Below are positions 18,521-28,805 of a DNA stretch of 64,000 bases, in pieces (the stretch's first letter is position 1; each line of letters opens with the position of its first letter). The position numbers were made by a program, and so were the translations under genes. The DNA comes from an uncultured Planctomycetales bacterium (GTDB lineage: Bacteria; Omnitrophota; Gorgyraeia; Zapsychrales; JANLHA01). Location of the stretch: assembly GCA_964489065.1 (NCBI GenBank), contig CAZAXH010000001.1, forward strand, positions 85,106-149,105, read 5' to 3'. The notes below the pieces were generated by a model. It was given only the letters and a program-made list of their open reading frames with translations. It did not search any database and was not told the DNA's origin.

Positions 18521-19318
18521 TCACATGTTGTGAAAATAATAAATACCCGTGACGACACAATCCGCCACAATAATAAGAATAAAACTCGTCACAACGCTGA
18601 TCGTGGTATGCTTCCCGACCCCCACCGCCCCGCCCCGGGTCTTCAAGCCCTGATAAGCTCCCACCAGGACAATAATAATCGCGAACACAAACGATTTCGA
18701 CAGGCCGGTGTAAATATCCTTGAGCATCAAATACTTAAACGTGGTCTGAATATACAGATGTTGGTTAATCCCCAGGTTATGCACGCCGATCACATAGCCG
18801 CCCAAGATCCCGGAAACATCCCCCAGAACCGTTAAACAAGGCAACATCACGAAAAGGGAAAGCAGCTTAGGGGCGATCAGAAATCGGACCGGGTTGATAG
18901 CCATGGTTTCCAGGGCTTCGATCTGCTCATTCACCTGCATGGAACCGATTTCAGCGGTAATCGCCGCCCCGATACGGCCGGCCACGACAAGAGCAGTCAA
19001 CACCGGGCCTAGTTCCCGGCAGATTGAAACCGATGTCAGGCTTGCGACATAGATCGTGCCGCCCAATTTCGAGAGCTGATAAGCCGATTGCATCGCCAGG
19101 ACAACCCCGGTAAAAAACATAACAAAAAAGACAATCAGTATGGACTGGATGCCCATAAAAACCATCTGCTCAAAGACCGCCTGATGTTTGAGCGGTTTGT
19201 CCCTGAATGGACCGAAGAGGATCCAAAAAAATGTCTGCAGGCTCAGGTGCATGAATTCTGAGAACACCCTGATGCCGTAAACAACCGGGCTTCCTATTTT
19301 TTCAAAAAACTTTATCAT
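18521..19318 (-). CDS. mlaE: Phospholipid ABC transporter permease MlaE
   Basis: 265 aa. Five TM helices and MlaE-typical FVREMGPVLTALVVAGR-like segment (CRELGPVLTALVVAGRIGAAITAEIGSMQVNEQIEALE). Confidence 0.85.
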   Translation of the reverse strand: MIKFFEKIGSPVVYGIRVFSEFMHLSLQTFFWILFGPFRDKPLKHQAVFEQMVFMGIQSILIVFFVMFFTGVVLAMQSAYQLSKLGGTIYVASLTSVSICRELGPVLTALVVAGRIGAAITAEIGSMQVNEQIEALETMAINPVRFLIAPKLLSLFVMLPCLTVLGDVSGILGGYVIGVHNLGINQHLYIQTTFKYLMLKDIYTGLSKSFVFAIIIVLVGAYQGLKTRGGAVGVGKHTTISVVTSFILIIVADCVVTGIYYFHNM

Positions 19319-19377
19319 ATCTTTAGTATTTTACTTCGGCGCAAAGTATATCTCTCAAAGACGCCGGACCATAACCG

Positions 19378-19767
19378 CTATCCTGCCATAGTTAAAAGTT
19401 CCCGGACCTTCTCAAGAAACAACTTTGTATCTATCGGTTTGGGTAAATAGGCGTTCGCACCGACTTCCTTCCCAATGACAAAATCTTCTTCGGAAGCCCG
19501 TGAAGTCAAAAGAATAACCGGAATTCTCATGGCAATCTCTTGCGATTTCAGGAGGCGGCATATATTAAAACCGTTAATGATCGGCATCATCACGTCTAAA
19601 ACCACGAGATCCGGCGGGGTTTTGAGCGCCATCTCCAACCCCCGGGCCGCGTCATTCGTGGAAAGAACATTATACCCCTGGGCGCCCAAAAGCGTTTCCA
19701 CAAGCTTTAAAACACCCTGATCGTCATCGATAATCAGGATTCGCCCTTTTTTCGTTGCCGTATTCAT
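19378..19767 (-). CDS. Stand-alone response regulator receiver domain (CheY-like)
   Basis: 129 aa. ILIIDDD...DLVVLDVMMP...LTS...K receiver motifs. No output domain. Confidence 0.8.
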   Translation of the reverse strand: MNTATKKGRILIIDDDQGVLKLVETLLGAQGYNVLSTNDAARGLEMALKTPPDLVVLDVMMPIINGFNICRLLKSQEIAMRIPVILLTSRASEEDFVIGKEVGANAYLPKPIDTKLFLEKVRELLTMAG

Positions 19768-19937
19768 CGCAAAATAATTTTACCTATTTCTATAAATGAA
19801 AACAAGGGAATTGATCGAAATGTTGCCTCGGGGTGATGCCAAACAAGCGACCCCGGCGAAGGGCATGACAACATAGGCAAAACAGCCGTGCCAGGGCCTG
19901 GTCTTCCCCAAGAACGGCTTCCACAAGGAATTCGGCA

Positions 19938-22900
19938 TCATCCGGCCGCATCATAACCCAAGACCGGGCTCAACCACTTTTCCAGATCAGGAACCGGCAT
20001 CCCTTTTCTTCGGGCAAGGTCTTGCACCTGATCAAGGGCTATTTTCCCCAACCAGAAATATTTTGCCGCCGGATGGGAAAAATAAAATCCGCAAACGGAG
20101 GACGCGGGGATCATGGCGAAATTCTCGGTGAGACGGATCCCGGTGGTTTGTTCCACGTTCAACAGGCCGAACAACAACGGTTTCTCGGTATGGTCCGGGC
20201 ACGCAGGATAACCGGGAGCCGGGCGGATGCCCTGATAACGACACTGGAACAGCTCCTCGTTCGTCAGGTTTTCATCGGGAGCATACCCCCAATACTTTGT
20301 CCTGACCAGTTCATGCATACGCTCGGCAAAGGCTTCCGCCAGACGGTCGGACAAGGCCTTCACCAGAATACCGCGGTAGGAATCATGGTCCTTTTCATAC
20401 TTTTCCGCGAGTTCGGCCGTGCCAAACCCCGTGCTCACCGCGAATCCGCCGAGATAATCGGGGCGGCCCGTTGACCGGGGAGCGATAAAATCCGCAAGCG
20501 CGTAATACGGGCGCCCGTCATACTTCACGGCCTGTTGCCGCAAAGAATGGAAAGCAGTTAAAACATCCTTACGGCTTTCGTCCTCGTAAACTTCGATATC
20601 ATCCCCGACGCTGTTTGCGGGAAAGAAGCCCACCACCGCCCGGGCCTTCAGCAACTTCTGTCGCACGATCTCATCCAGCAACTGCTGCGCGTCCGCATAA
20701 AGCTTACGGGCTTCTCCCCCCTGCTGGGGGTCATCCAAGATTTTGGGAAAATGCCCTTTTAATTCCCAGGCCATAAAAAAGGGCGACCAGTCAATCTTCT
20801 CCCGGATTTCAGAAAGGTCAAAATGGTCAAAAACGCGGGTGCCCAAAAATTCCGGCGGCGTAAGCAGCGCCTGGGACCAATCCGTCTTAAGCCCTTTGCC
20901 CCGGGCTTCCGCCAGAGTCAAAAATTTCGTCTCGCTCCGGCGCCTGTCGAACTCTTCCCGGGCCGCCTGCTGTTCCGCCTGAATCTGTCCCGTAACCACT
21001 GTTTTCTGTTCCCCATCCAAGAGCTGACGGCTCAACTGCGCGCACCGGGACGCGTCTTTAATATGAACCACAAGCCCTTTATAGCAGGGGGCGATTTTTA
21101 CGGCCGTGTGCTGCAAAGAGGTCGTCGCCCCGCCGATTAAAATCGGGATCGTTAACCCGGCCTTGTCCATGTCCCGGGCAACATAGACCATCTCCTCCAG
21201 CGACGGCGTGATCAGCCCGCTCAACCCCACCATGTCGGCTTTTTCCCGTATCGCCGCCTCGACGATTTTTTCGGAAGGGACCATAACTCCTAAATCCACA
21301 ACCTCAAAATGGTTGCAGGCCAGGACCACGCTCACGATGTTCTTCCCGATATCGTGCACGTCGCCCTTCACGGTCGCCAGCAGAATTTTCCCTGCCCCGC
21401 GAGAAGACTTCCCGCTCTTTTCTTTTTCAATAAATGGCCTCAAATACGCCACGGCTTTCTTCATCACCCGGGCGCTTTTAACGACCTGGGGCAAAAACAT
21501 TTTCCCGGCACCGAACAAATCCCCGACGGTATTCATTCCTTTCATAAGCGGGCCTTCAATGACATCCAGAGGCCGCGGCGTTCTCTGGCGCACCTCCTCG
21601 GCGTCTTCCTCAATGTGTTCCACAAACCCCTTCACCAAGGCATGCGCGAGCCGATCTTCGGCCGGAAGACGCCGCCATTCCTGGTCGGCCGGCGCGGCCC
21701 TCCGCCCCTGCGTTTTGATCTGTTCGGCAAACACGACAAGACGTTCCGTCGCGTCCGGCCTTTTGTTCAAAAGAACGTCCTCAACGTGCCTCAAGAGATC
21801 TTGGGGGATTTCATCGTAAACAGCGATCATCCCCGCGTTGACAATCCCCATGTCCATCCCAGCCTGAATCGCGTGATATAAAAATGCCGCGTGCATCGCC
21901 TCCCGGACCACATTATTCCCCCGGAAAGAAAACGAAACATTACTCACCCCCCCGGAGACCCGGCAATGCGGCAAAGTGTTTTTAATCACACGCGTCGCTT
22001 CGATAAAATCCACGGCATAATTATTATGTTCTTCAATACCCGTCGCCACGGCAAAAACATTGGGGTCAAAAATAATGTCCTGGGGCCGAAATCCGACCTC
22101 CTCGGTCAGTATACGGTAAGCCCTCGTGCAGACATCCACTTTCCGGGCCTTCGAATCCGCCTGCCCTCGTTCGTCAAAAGCCATCACAACCACAGCTGCG
22201 CCCAACTTCTTCAACTCCGCGGCCTGTCGCTTAAAAACCTCTTCTCCTTCCTTCAGGGAAATGGAATTGACAATGGCCTTGCCCTGCACGCATTTCAGAC
22301 CCGCTTCAATCACGGGCCAGCGGGACGAATCGATCATAACGGGAACCCGGGCGATATCCGGTTCACTGGCAATAAGATTCAGGAATTTCACCATGGCTTT
22401 CCGGGAATCCAGCATCGCGTCATCCATATTCACGTCAACAATCTGGGCACCGGCCTCCACCTGCTGGCGGGCTACTGACAGGGCCTCTTCATACTGCTCG
22501 TTTTTAATCAAATCCGCGAATTTTTTGGAACCCGCGACATTGGTCCGTTCCCCGATATTAATAAAATTAGAGTCAGGCCGGATAACCAAGGCCTCCAATC
22601 CGCTCAAGCAGGTCCTCGCCGGAATATCAGGAAGGGCGCGCGGTCTAAACCCGGACACGGCGCGGCGGATCTCCCGGATATATTCCGGCGTGGTCCCGCA
22701 GCAACCACCGACGATATTGACATGCCCTTCCCGAGCGAAATCTGCGATCAGCCGAGCCATTTCCGACGGACTCTGGTCAAACCCGCCAAATCCGTCCGGC
22801 AGGCCCGCGTTAGGGTAACAACTGATATAACATGGCGCCAAACGGGACAACTCCGCAATATACGGCCGCAGCTTGTCCGCCCCCAGAGAGCAATTGAGCC

Positions 22901-23636
22901 CCACGGACAACGGGCCGGCATGCATCACGGAAATCCAAAACGCCTCCAGGGTCTGCCCGGAAAACATCCGGCCACTCGCGTCGGCAATCGTGCCGGAAAT
23001 CATAACCGGAATCCGGCGGCCGGCCCTTTCAAAGGCCCCCTCAATCGCGTAAAGGGCCGCTTTACAATTTAACGTGTCAAAAATCGTTTCAATCAAAAGG
23101 AAGTCCACTCCGCCATCCATAAGCCCGCGGACCTGCTCGGCGTACGCCGCGACCAGTTGGTCAAACGTGACCGCCCGGGAGCCAGGGTCATTCACATCCG
23201 TGGACATGGAAGCGGTCCGGTTCGTCGGGCCGATCGCCCCGGCCACAAAACGGGGCTGACTGGGATTTTGCCGCGTCATAGCCTCAGCGGCCCTGCGGGC
23301 AATCCTGGCGGACGCGATGTTAAATTCATACGCCTTCCCCTGCAATTGATAATCGGCCAGGCTGATCGCGTTGGCGCCGAAAGTATTCGTCTCAATGATA
23401 TCCGCTCCGGCGTCAAGATACGCACGGTGGATTTCTTCAATAATCTGCGGCTGGGTCAGCGAAAGGACATCCCCATTCCGTTTTAAATCCACAGGATGAT
23501 CCGCAAATATATCACCCCGCACCGCCTTCTCATCCAAATTATATTCCTGCACCATGGTGCCCATGGCCCCGTCTAGAATAAGAATCCTTTCTGCGAGGAG
23601 CTTAATAATCGGATGGGATAAACCGGCTGGCCGCAT
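19938..23636 (-). CDS. metH: Cobalamin-dependent methionine synthase
   Basis: 1232 aa. Hcy-binding, pterin-binding, B12-binding ([10 protein letters not shown]) and AdoMet-activation modules in canonical order. Confidence 0.95.
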   Translation of the reverse strand: MRPAGLSHPIIKLLAERILILDGAMGTMVQEYNLDEKAVRGDIFADHPVDLKRNGDVLSLTQPQIIEEIHRAYLDAGADIIETNTFGANAISLADYQLQGKAYEFNIASARIARRAAEAMTRQNPSQPRFVAGAIGPTNRTASMSTDVNDPGSRAVTFDQLVAAYAEQVRGLMDGGVDFLLIETIFDTLNCKAALYAIEGAFERAGRRIPVMISGTIADASGRMFSGQTLEAFWISVMHAGPLSVGLNCSLGADKLRPYIAELSRLAPCYISCYPNAGLPDGFGGFDQSPSEMARLIADFAREGHVNIVGGCCGTTPEYIREIRRAVSGFRPRALPDIPARTCLSGLEALVIRPDSNFINIGERTNVAGSKKFADLIKNEQYEEALSVARQQVEAGAQIVDVNMDDAMLDSRKAMVKFLNLIASEPDIARVPVMIDSSRWPVIEAGLKCVQGKAIVNSISLKEGEEVFKRQAAELKKLGAAVVVMAFDERGQADSKARKVDVCTRAYRILTEEVGFRPQDIIFDPNVFAVATGIEEHNNYAVDFIEATRVIKNTLPHCRVSGGVSNVSFSFRGNNVVREAMHAAFLYHAIQAGMDMGIVNAGMIAVYDEIPQDLLRHVEDVLLNKRPDATERLVVFAEQIKTQGRRAAPADQEWRRLPAEDRLAHALVKGFVEHIEEDAEEVRQRTPRPLDVIEGPLMKGMNTVGDLFGAGKMFLPQVVKSARVMKKAVAYLRPFIEKEKSGKSSRGAGKILLATVKGDVHDIGKNIVSVVLACNHFEVVDLGVMVPSEKIVEAAIREKADMVGLSGLITPSLEEMVYVARDMDKAGLTIPILIGGATTSLQHTAVKIAPCYKGLVVHIKDASRCAQLSRQLLDGEQKTVVTGQIQAEQQAAREEFDRRRSETKFLTLAEARGKGLKTDWSQALLTPPEFLGTRVFDHFDLSEIREKIDWSPFFMAWELKGHFPKILDDPQQGGEARKLYADAQQLLDEIVRQKLLKARAVVGFFPANSVGDDIEVYEDESRKDVLTAFHSLRQQAVKYDGRPYYALADFIAPRSTGRPDYLGGFAVSTGFGTAELAEKYEKDHDSYRGILVKALSDRLAEAFAERMHELVRTKYWGYAPDENLTNEELFQCRYQGIRPAPGYPACPDHTEKPLLFGLLNVEQTTGIRLTENFAMIPASSVCGFYFSHPAAKYFWLGKIALDQVQDLARRKGMPVPDLEKWLSPVLGYDAAG

Positions 23637-23912
23637 AGACTCTCCCTGATGGATTTTATTTTAAAAATTAATCATGAAACAAAAAAACGCGCGTCTTAAG
23701 AAAGACGGCCTCTCTTATTTCTTTTATATCTTAAATCTATTATAGTCGGGAAAATTATAGTAAATATTTCCGGAAAATACCACTGCTTTCTGTGTTAAGC
23801 CACCAGAACGCACTGGGAAGTAGAATCATTTTCTCCTGGCTGAAAAGAATGACAACAGGTTTAGGTTATACCTCCGGGGAACAAGTTCATCTGACAGAAT
23901 TTACTCCTGGGC

Positions 23913-23956
23913 AGAAAAAATGAAAAGCCTACTCCTAGGCAAGAAATAGGCTTTTC
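23913..23956 (-). terminator. Rho-independent terminator-like hairpin (minus strand)
   Basis: On the minus strand: GAAAAGCCTA-loop-TAGGCTTTTC followed by ATTTTTTCT. Lies about 280 nt upstream of the metH start. Confidence 0.45.
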
Positions 23957-24211
23957 ATCATTTATTCGGCAGCCGGGCTTTCCTGTTAGGATCCTTGGCT
24001 TTGCGTCCCCGCCTTACAACGGGTTTGCTTTTTCGCTAAATGAACGTTTAGTAGACCGCTTTATGCGATCAACCCTTTCTTAGTTAAATATAATATATAA
24101 TGTTATTATTTGCAAACAAAATGCCATTAAATTAACTATTTAACAACAAACGGGTTACATACAAATTCGCCAAACGGCAAACCAAAAAGCAAAAAATCTC
24201 CCAAAACGACC

Positions 24212-24240
24212 TTGTCAAAAATTATTTCATCCCGTATAAT
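24212..24240 (+). promoter_or_regulatory. Sigma-70-type promoter candidate for the cinA-domain gene
   Basis: TTGTCA (24212-24217), 17-nt spacer, TATAAT (24235-24240). The ATG at 24248 falls 7-8 nt downstream, implying a leaderless mRNA. Confidence 0.4.
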
Positions 24241-24247
24241 AACTTTC

Positions 24248-24715
24248 ATGTTATTAGAAGAAAAGGTTGCTCTCCAGTTGTTATCCCGGGGGAAAAACCT
24301 AGCGGTCGCCGAATCATGCTCCGGCGGCTTACTAGGGCATCGTTTGACCAACATCCCGGGAAGTTCCCAATTCCTGATCGCCGACCTTGTTTGCTACAGC
24401 AATGACGCAAAAATGGTTCTTTTAAAAATTCCAGAGGAAACGCTGGTTTCCTGCGGAGCCGTTTCTGAAGCCGTGGCAGAGTTAATGGCCAGAAACGTGC
24501 GCGCCTTCTTTAAGGCCGACTATGGCATCGGTATAACCGGCATTGCTGGCCCGTCCGGAGGCACCAGGACAAAACCTGTCGGCTTAACGTTTATCGCCAT
24601 TGCCACCGAAGCCGAAGCCCTCTGCCTTAAATGCCATTTCCCGGGAAACCGGGCTAAAATCAAAAAAGCCGCCACAACAACGGCTTTAAACATGTTACTG
24701 GAATTTATAGGTTGA
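24248..24715 (+). CDS. CinA C-terminal domain protein (PncC-type nicotinamide-nucleotide amidohydrolase family)
   Basis: LAVAESCSGGLLGHRLTNIPGSS...GVS..AV..MA...GITGIAGPSGG is the CinA-C signature. The start is placed at the ATG at 24248 rather than the TTG at 24212, which coincides with the -35 box. Confidence 0.7.
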   Translation: MLLEEKVALQLLSRGKNLAVAESCSGGLLGHRLTNIPGSSQFLIADLVCYSNDAKMVLLKIPEETLVSCGAVSEAVAELMARNVRAFFKADYGIGITGIAGPSGGTRTKPVGLTFIAIATEAEALCLKCHFPGNRAKIKKAATTTALNMLLEFIG

Positions 24716-24748
24716 ACACTCGTTTACAGCTCTTTCCACCACCGCCCC

Positions 24749-25324
24749 ATGCCTGAGTCTGATACAATCCGGACTTTTATCGCCGTGGAACTCAACAAAC
24801 CCGTCCAAGACGAGTTGCAAAAAATCCAGGAACAGTTGAAGACCTGTCACCCGGATGTAAAATGGGTAAAACCGGCCAACATTCATCTGACTCTAAAATT
24901 CCTCGGTGAGGCGCCGATCGCTAAAATTGAAATGATCAAAGATCAGCTGCCCTCCTGGGTGGCCGGCATCAGTCCGTTTAGCATAACCCTCGATACACTG
25001 GGAGCTTTCCCCCATATCAGGCAACCCCGTGTGATCTGGGCCGGAATTCAGGAGGAGCCATCCAGCCCCCTGTTCCTCCTCACCGGGACGATTGAAAAAG
25101 AGACTCGCCGTCTCGGATTTGCAAAAGAAAAGAAAGCCTTCACCGCCCATATCACGATAGGCCGGGTCCGGTCAGCCAAAAACATCAAACCGCTGGCCAA
25201 AATACTGGCTCAATGTAAAGTCCCGGCTAACCTCACCCAGCCGGTCCAATCCATTTCCCTGTTAAAAAGCACCCTCACCCCCCAGGGCCCGATATACGAC
25301 ATCTTATCCACCGTCAGCCTATAA
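24749..25324 (+). CDS. thpR: RNA 2',3'-cyclic phosphodiesterase (2H family, ThpR/LigT)
   Basis: 191 aa. Two H-x-T-x motifs (HLTLKF and HITIGR). Confidence 0.8.
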   Translation: MPESDTIRTFIAVELNKPVQDELQKIQEQLKTCHPDVKWVKPANIHLTLKFLGEAPIAKIEMIKDQLPSWVAGISPFSITLDTLGAFPHIRQPRVIWAGIQEEPSSPLFLLTGTIEKETRRLGFAKEKKAFTAHITIGRVRSAKNIKPLAKILAQCKVPANLTQPVQSISLLKSTLTPQGPIYDILSTVSL

Positions 25325-25426
25325 GCTCGATTCACGATTCTTTTATCCCTCTTCGAGGGCAAAAAAATCACAACCATAGCCTGATGACAAAACATCGTCC
25401 TCTTTAAAATTTACTTACGTTATTCT

Positions 25427-25894
25427 TTAAAACTGAATTCCCGTCAGGCGGATCGCGACATGCATAACGAGATTCGTGTAGACTCCCGCGACAATATCAT
25501 CCAGCATAATTCCTGTGCCGCCGTGGCGGCTTTCAAATTTATTGGCCGGATAAATCTTAAACATGTCAAACGCCCGAAAGAGGAAAAAAGCGGTCCACAT
25601 AACCCTGGGGACCGGGGGAAGGAGAAAAAAAGAAATCAGAACTCCAGACACTTCATCGATGACAACACACCCGGGATCTTTTCGCCCAGTCATCTTCTCC
25701 ATGACGCCTCCGGAGAAAAACCCCCAGGCCGTAACAGCCCCAAGGCTAGCCAGATACAGGGGCACATGCCCCTGCAGAAGCCAATAAAAAAGAACAGCCA
25801 CGGCACTGGTGAACGTGCCCGGGGCGACCGGGAAATACCCGCAATAAAAAAAAGTAGCGCCTATCTTATGAAACCATTCTAGCTGTTTATTCAT
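25427..25894 (-). CDS. pgpA: Phosphatidylglycerophosphatase A
   Basis: 155 aa. VIDEVSG motif and PgpA-type membrane topology. Confidence 0.7.
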   Translation of the reverse strand: MNKQLEWFHKIGATFFYCGYFPVAPGTFTSAVAVLFYWLLQGHVPLYLASLGAVTAWGFFSGGVMEKMTGRKDPGCVVIDEVSGVLISFFLLPPVPRVMWTAFFLFRAFDMFKIYPANKFESRHGGTGIMLDDIVAGVYTNLVMHVAIRLTGIQF

Positions 25895-25915
25895 GGGGCA
25901 AAAATCCGGGGGATA

Positions 25916-26503
25916 TTAAGTATTTGCGAGGCAGACCCGGTTATTGAAAAGATAAATGATCCCGGAATAAAGGGTGGCAATCACCGTCATGATCAAAAGC
26001 ACGTCAATACTGATCTGCCAAAACTGAAGAAAGAACTGTCCCCCAAACATTTCCCGGGCACGAAAGATGTGGAGGTCTTGCAGCACCAGAGACAAAAGGA
26101 TGACCCAAATTGAAGACATTTGTAAAACAGTTTTAATTTTCCCGGCCCGCTCGGCTGCCAGAATTTTCCCTAAAAGCATGGCCGTGAGCCGGAAGCCCGT
26201 CAACAGGATTTCCCTTAACGCGATCAGATAAAAAATCCAGCTGGCGACAATATGCATCCGCATGAAAATGTAAAACGCCGACAGGATTAAAAATTTGTCC
26301 GCGATAGGATCCATAATCTTGCCGAAATTGCTGACCTGGTTGTGTTTCTTGGCAAAATAGCCGTCATAATAGTCCGTCACAGATGCTAAAACGAAAAAGA
26401 ATCCGGCCAGGCAGACCGAAAACACATCCCCCTGTTTAATAAAAAAAATAAATCCCAGGGTTAAAAAAATACGGGATAACGTTAATAAATTAGGCACGTT
26501 CAT
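25916..26503 (-). CDS. pgsA: CDP-diacylglycerol--glycerol-3-phosphate 3-phosphatidyltransferase
   Basis: 195 aa. CDP-alcohol phosphatidyltransferase motif DYYDGYFAKK...G...DPIADK. Confidence 0.8.
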   Translation of the reverse strand: MNVPNLLTLSRIFLTLGFIFFIKQGDVFSVCLAGFFFVLASVTDYYDGYFAKKHNQVSNFGKIMDPIADKFLILSAFYIFMRMHIVASWIFYLIALREILLTGFRLTAMLLGKILAAERAGKIKTVLQMSSIWVILLSLVLQDLHIFRAREMFGGQFFLQFWQISIDVLLIMTVIATLYSGIIYLFNNRVCLANT

Positions 26504-27885
26504 ACAAGCTCTCCAACCAGGTCATATTCCAAAGCATCTGTGATTTTAACTTGGACAAAAGTTCCGGCAGGGATATCCTTGTCGGAACGAACGAAAACTG
26601 AACCATCCACTTCCGGGGCGTCATATTCCGTACGGGCAATATACACATTTTCCTCCGGTTTTTGTTTTTCGTCAACCAAAACCCTAAAAATTCCTCCCAC
26701 GCTATCCTGTAAGGCCTTTTGAGAAATTTTCTGCTGGCATCGCATCAGGGCATCATAACGCCGGCGTTTAACAGAATCCGGGACAGGGGCCGGAAAGTGA
26801 AATGCCGGGGTCCCTTCTTCCGGAGAAAATATAAACGCCCCGGCCCGGTCAAAATGCACCTCTTGAAGGAAATCCAGCAATTCCTGGAATTCCGCTTCTG
26901 TTTCCCCGGGGAAGCCAACAATAAAACTCGAACGCAAACGCACCCCCGGGATACGATTCCGTATTCTAGCCAGCAAATCTCTCGTCTGGGAGGAAGAAAG
27001 GCCTCTATTCATTCTATCCAGAATACGGTCATTAATGTGTTGCAGCGGGATATCGATATATTTGCATATCTTCCCTTCCTCCGCCACCACGCTAATCAAC
27101 TCATCCGTTACATGCGCCGGATACGTGTACAGTAACCTGATCCACTCGATGCTCCGGCTCACCCGGCAAATCTCCCGTAACAAAGCCGGAAGCTCTTTGC
27201 TCGCATAAAGATCCATCCCATAAGCCGTAATGTCCTGCCCGATGATATTCAGTTCCTTCACGCCCCGCCGGTCAAGACGGGCCACATCTTCCAAAATCGC
27301 CTCCCTTTTCCTGGACTGTATCCGTCCTTTAATCAAGGGAATCGCGCAAAAACTGCAATGATTATAACAGCCTTCACAAATTTTAAGATAAGCGAAATGG
27401 GCCGGCGTTAAATAGACTTGCTCCGGGACGAACTGCGTTTCAAACGGATGAACGCCGGCCAGGCCGTCAATCTCCGTAAACTCAGCCGCCAACTCCTTGC
27501 TGTAGCGCTGCGACAAACAGCCTATGACAAACAGCTTTTCGATCTTCCCCCGACGTTTTAAGTCCACCAGGTCCACAATCGTATCCACGGATTCCTGTTT
27601 GGCATCCTCAATAAACCCGCAGGTGTTCAGGATAACGGTCGTCGCCTGGTCGGGCTCCACAATACGGCATTCCGCCCGCTTTAACCGCCCCAAGATTTCC
27701 TGGGCATCCACTAAATTACGCACGCACCCCAAATTAATAAGGCCGACTTTCTCTCCGGGCTTAAAATGCAGCAACAGGGAACCCCAATCCTGCACCGGAA
27801 TCGATTTTTTGTTTTTCTCTAATGTCATTCTATTGGATCCGGGGATCCTTCTGCCGGCCTTATACCAATGTTTCCCAAAATTCAT
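26500..27885 (-). CDS. rimO: Ribosomal protein S12 methylthiotransferase RimO (MiaB-family MTTase)
   Basis: 461 aa. N-terminal MTTase domain (NTCGFIEDAKQES), radical SAM CEGCYNHCSFCAIP, C-terminal TRAM domain. 4-nt overlap with pgsA. Confidence 0.75.
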   Translation of the reverse strand: MNFGKHWYKAGRRIPGSNRMTLEKNKKSIPVQDWGSLLLHFKPGEKVGLINLGCVRNLVDAQEILGRLKRAECRIVEPDQATTVILNTCGFIEDAKQESVDTIVDLVDLKRRGKIEKLFVIGCLSQRYSKELAAEFTEIDGLAGVHPFETQFVPEQVYLTPAHFAYLKICEGCYNHCSFCAIPLIKGRIQSRKREAILEDVARLDRRGVKELNIIGQDITAYGMDLYASKELPALLREICRVSRSIEWIRLLYTYPAHVTDELISVVAEEGKICKYIDIPLQHINDRILDRMNRGLSSSQTRDLLARIRNRIPGVRLRSSFIVGFPGETEAEFQELLDFLQEVHFDRAGAFIFSPEEGTPAFHFPAPVPDSVKRRRYDALMRCQQKISQKALQDSVGGIFRVLVDEKQKPEENVYIARTEYDAPEVDGSVFVRSDKDIPAGTFVQVKITDALEYDLVGELV

Positions 27886-27920
27886 AACGGAGATAACTAT
27901 CTGGTTGGAATCTCGAAGGG

Positions 27921-28805
27921 TTACTGCTTGACTGAAAATCCGTCCTTGGTAATAACCACCCGCCGGGCGGAGCGATCATTGCGGCCCAGTTCTCCCAGGA
28001 CTTTCCCATTGACTTCGTATTCAAGAGAATGGATATTTTTTCCAGACAGCTCGATAGACTGCTCAGCCTCCCACGTTTCAGTCGCTCCGCTGTTTAAGAT
28101 GGACTGAAAAACCAGGCTCCCATCGACTTTAACCTGTAACCAGCCGCTCTTCTTCGCCTTAACCGTCAAACGCACTTCTTTTGCCTGTTTCGCCGGAGGA
28201 GACGGAGAGGGTTCCTCTTCCTTCAGAGGAGCTTCATCCCGGGGAGTGGCTACCGGCGCAAGGGAGCCCGATTTCTTTTCCTCGGGTTTCTTCTCCTCCT
28301 TGGCCGGGTCCTTTTTGTCCGTTGCCTCAGGGACAACAGCAAGAACAGCGGCGGGGCCCCCGGCCATTTTGTTCTGCCGATGAGCCTGGATACAGCCGGC
28401 TATCCTCAGGATCAAAAAGACGGAAAACACAACAGCCAGGCCTTTCAGCAAAAGCTGCTGATTCTCCTTGGTCAGGTATTTCTGAAAATCAAAACGGGCC
28501 AAAACATCCGCAGGGGAAGTCCCCGGGGTTTCTTCCTTAACTCGCTCAAACGGCTTTCCCTTTCCGGTCGCCGGATCTAAAACCTGATTAGCGTCCACCC
28601 CGAGATACTGGGCATACATCTTAACAAACCCCTTAATATAAAAAGGAGAGAGCGTTCGAACCGTATACCCTTCTTCAATGGCCTTAAGGACATCCATCGG
28701 GATCTTCGTTGATTCATGAACCGTCGATAACGACAGCCCCTGAGCTTCTCTGGCTTCCTTAAGAACTTCTCCTCGAGGGCGTTGATATTGCCTGACGTCA
28801 GTCAT
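27921..28805 (-). CDS. rodZ: RodZ-like cytoskeleton protein (N-terminal XRE-type HTH, TM segment, Pro/Glu/Lys-rich linker, C-terminal DUF4115-like domain)
   Basis: 294 aa. LGEVLKEAREAQGLSLSTVHESTKI HTH, then a hydrophobic segment (LAVVFSVFLILRIAG) and a low-complexity KPEEKK linker. Confidence 0.55.
   Translation of the reverse strand: MTDVRQYQRPRGEVLKEAREAQGLSLSTVHESTKIPMDVLKAIEEGYTVRTLSPFYIKGFVKMYAQYLGVDANQVLDPATGKGKPFERVKEETPGTSPADVLARFDFQKYLTKENQQLLLKGLAVVFSVFLILRIAGCIQAHRQNKMAGGPAAVLAVVPEATDKKDPAKEEKKPEEKKSGSLAPVATPRDEAPLKEEEPSPSPPAKQAKEVRLTVKAKKSGWLQVKVDGSLVFQSILNSGATETWEAEQSIELSGKNIHSLEYEVNGKVLGELGRNDRSARRVVITKDGFSVKQ

Noticed and set aside
20022-23486. Multiple 100-230-aa ORFs on the plus strand within metH
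   Set aside because: All are antisense to the 1232-aa methionine synthase gene and lack motifs. They are GC-rich frame artefacts.
23637-24211. SAM-I (S-box) or cobalamin riboswitch upstream of metH
   Set aside because: I searched both strands for the S-box core (GGTGGAGGGA...GCAACC-like) and the B12 box (GCCACTG-containing). Only partial, non-collinear matches were found (GGTGGC, CAGTGG). Without tools this is not supportable.
24136-24354. 72-aa minus-strand ORF overlapping the cinA promoter and start
   Set aside because: It overlaps the near-consensus promoter and the 5' end of the cinA-domain gene. There is no RBS and its composition is atypical.
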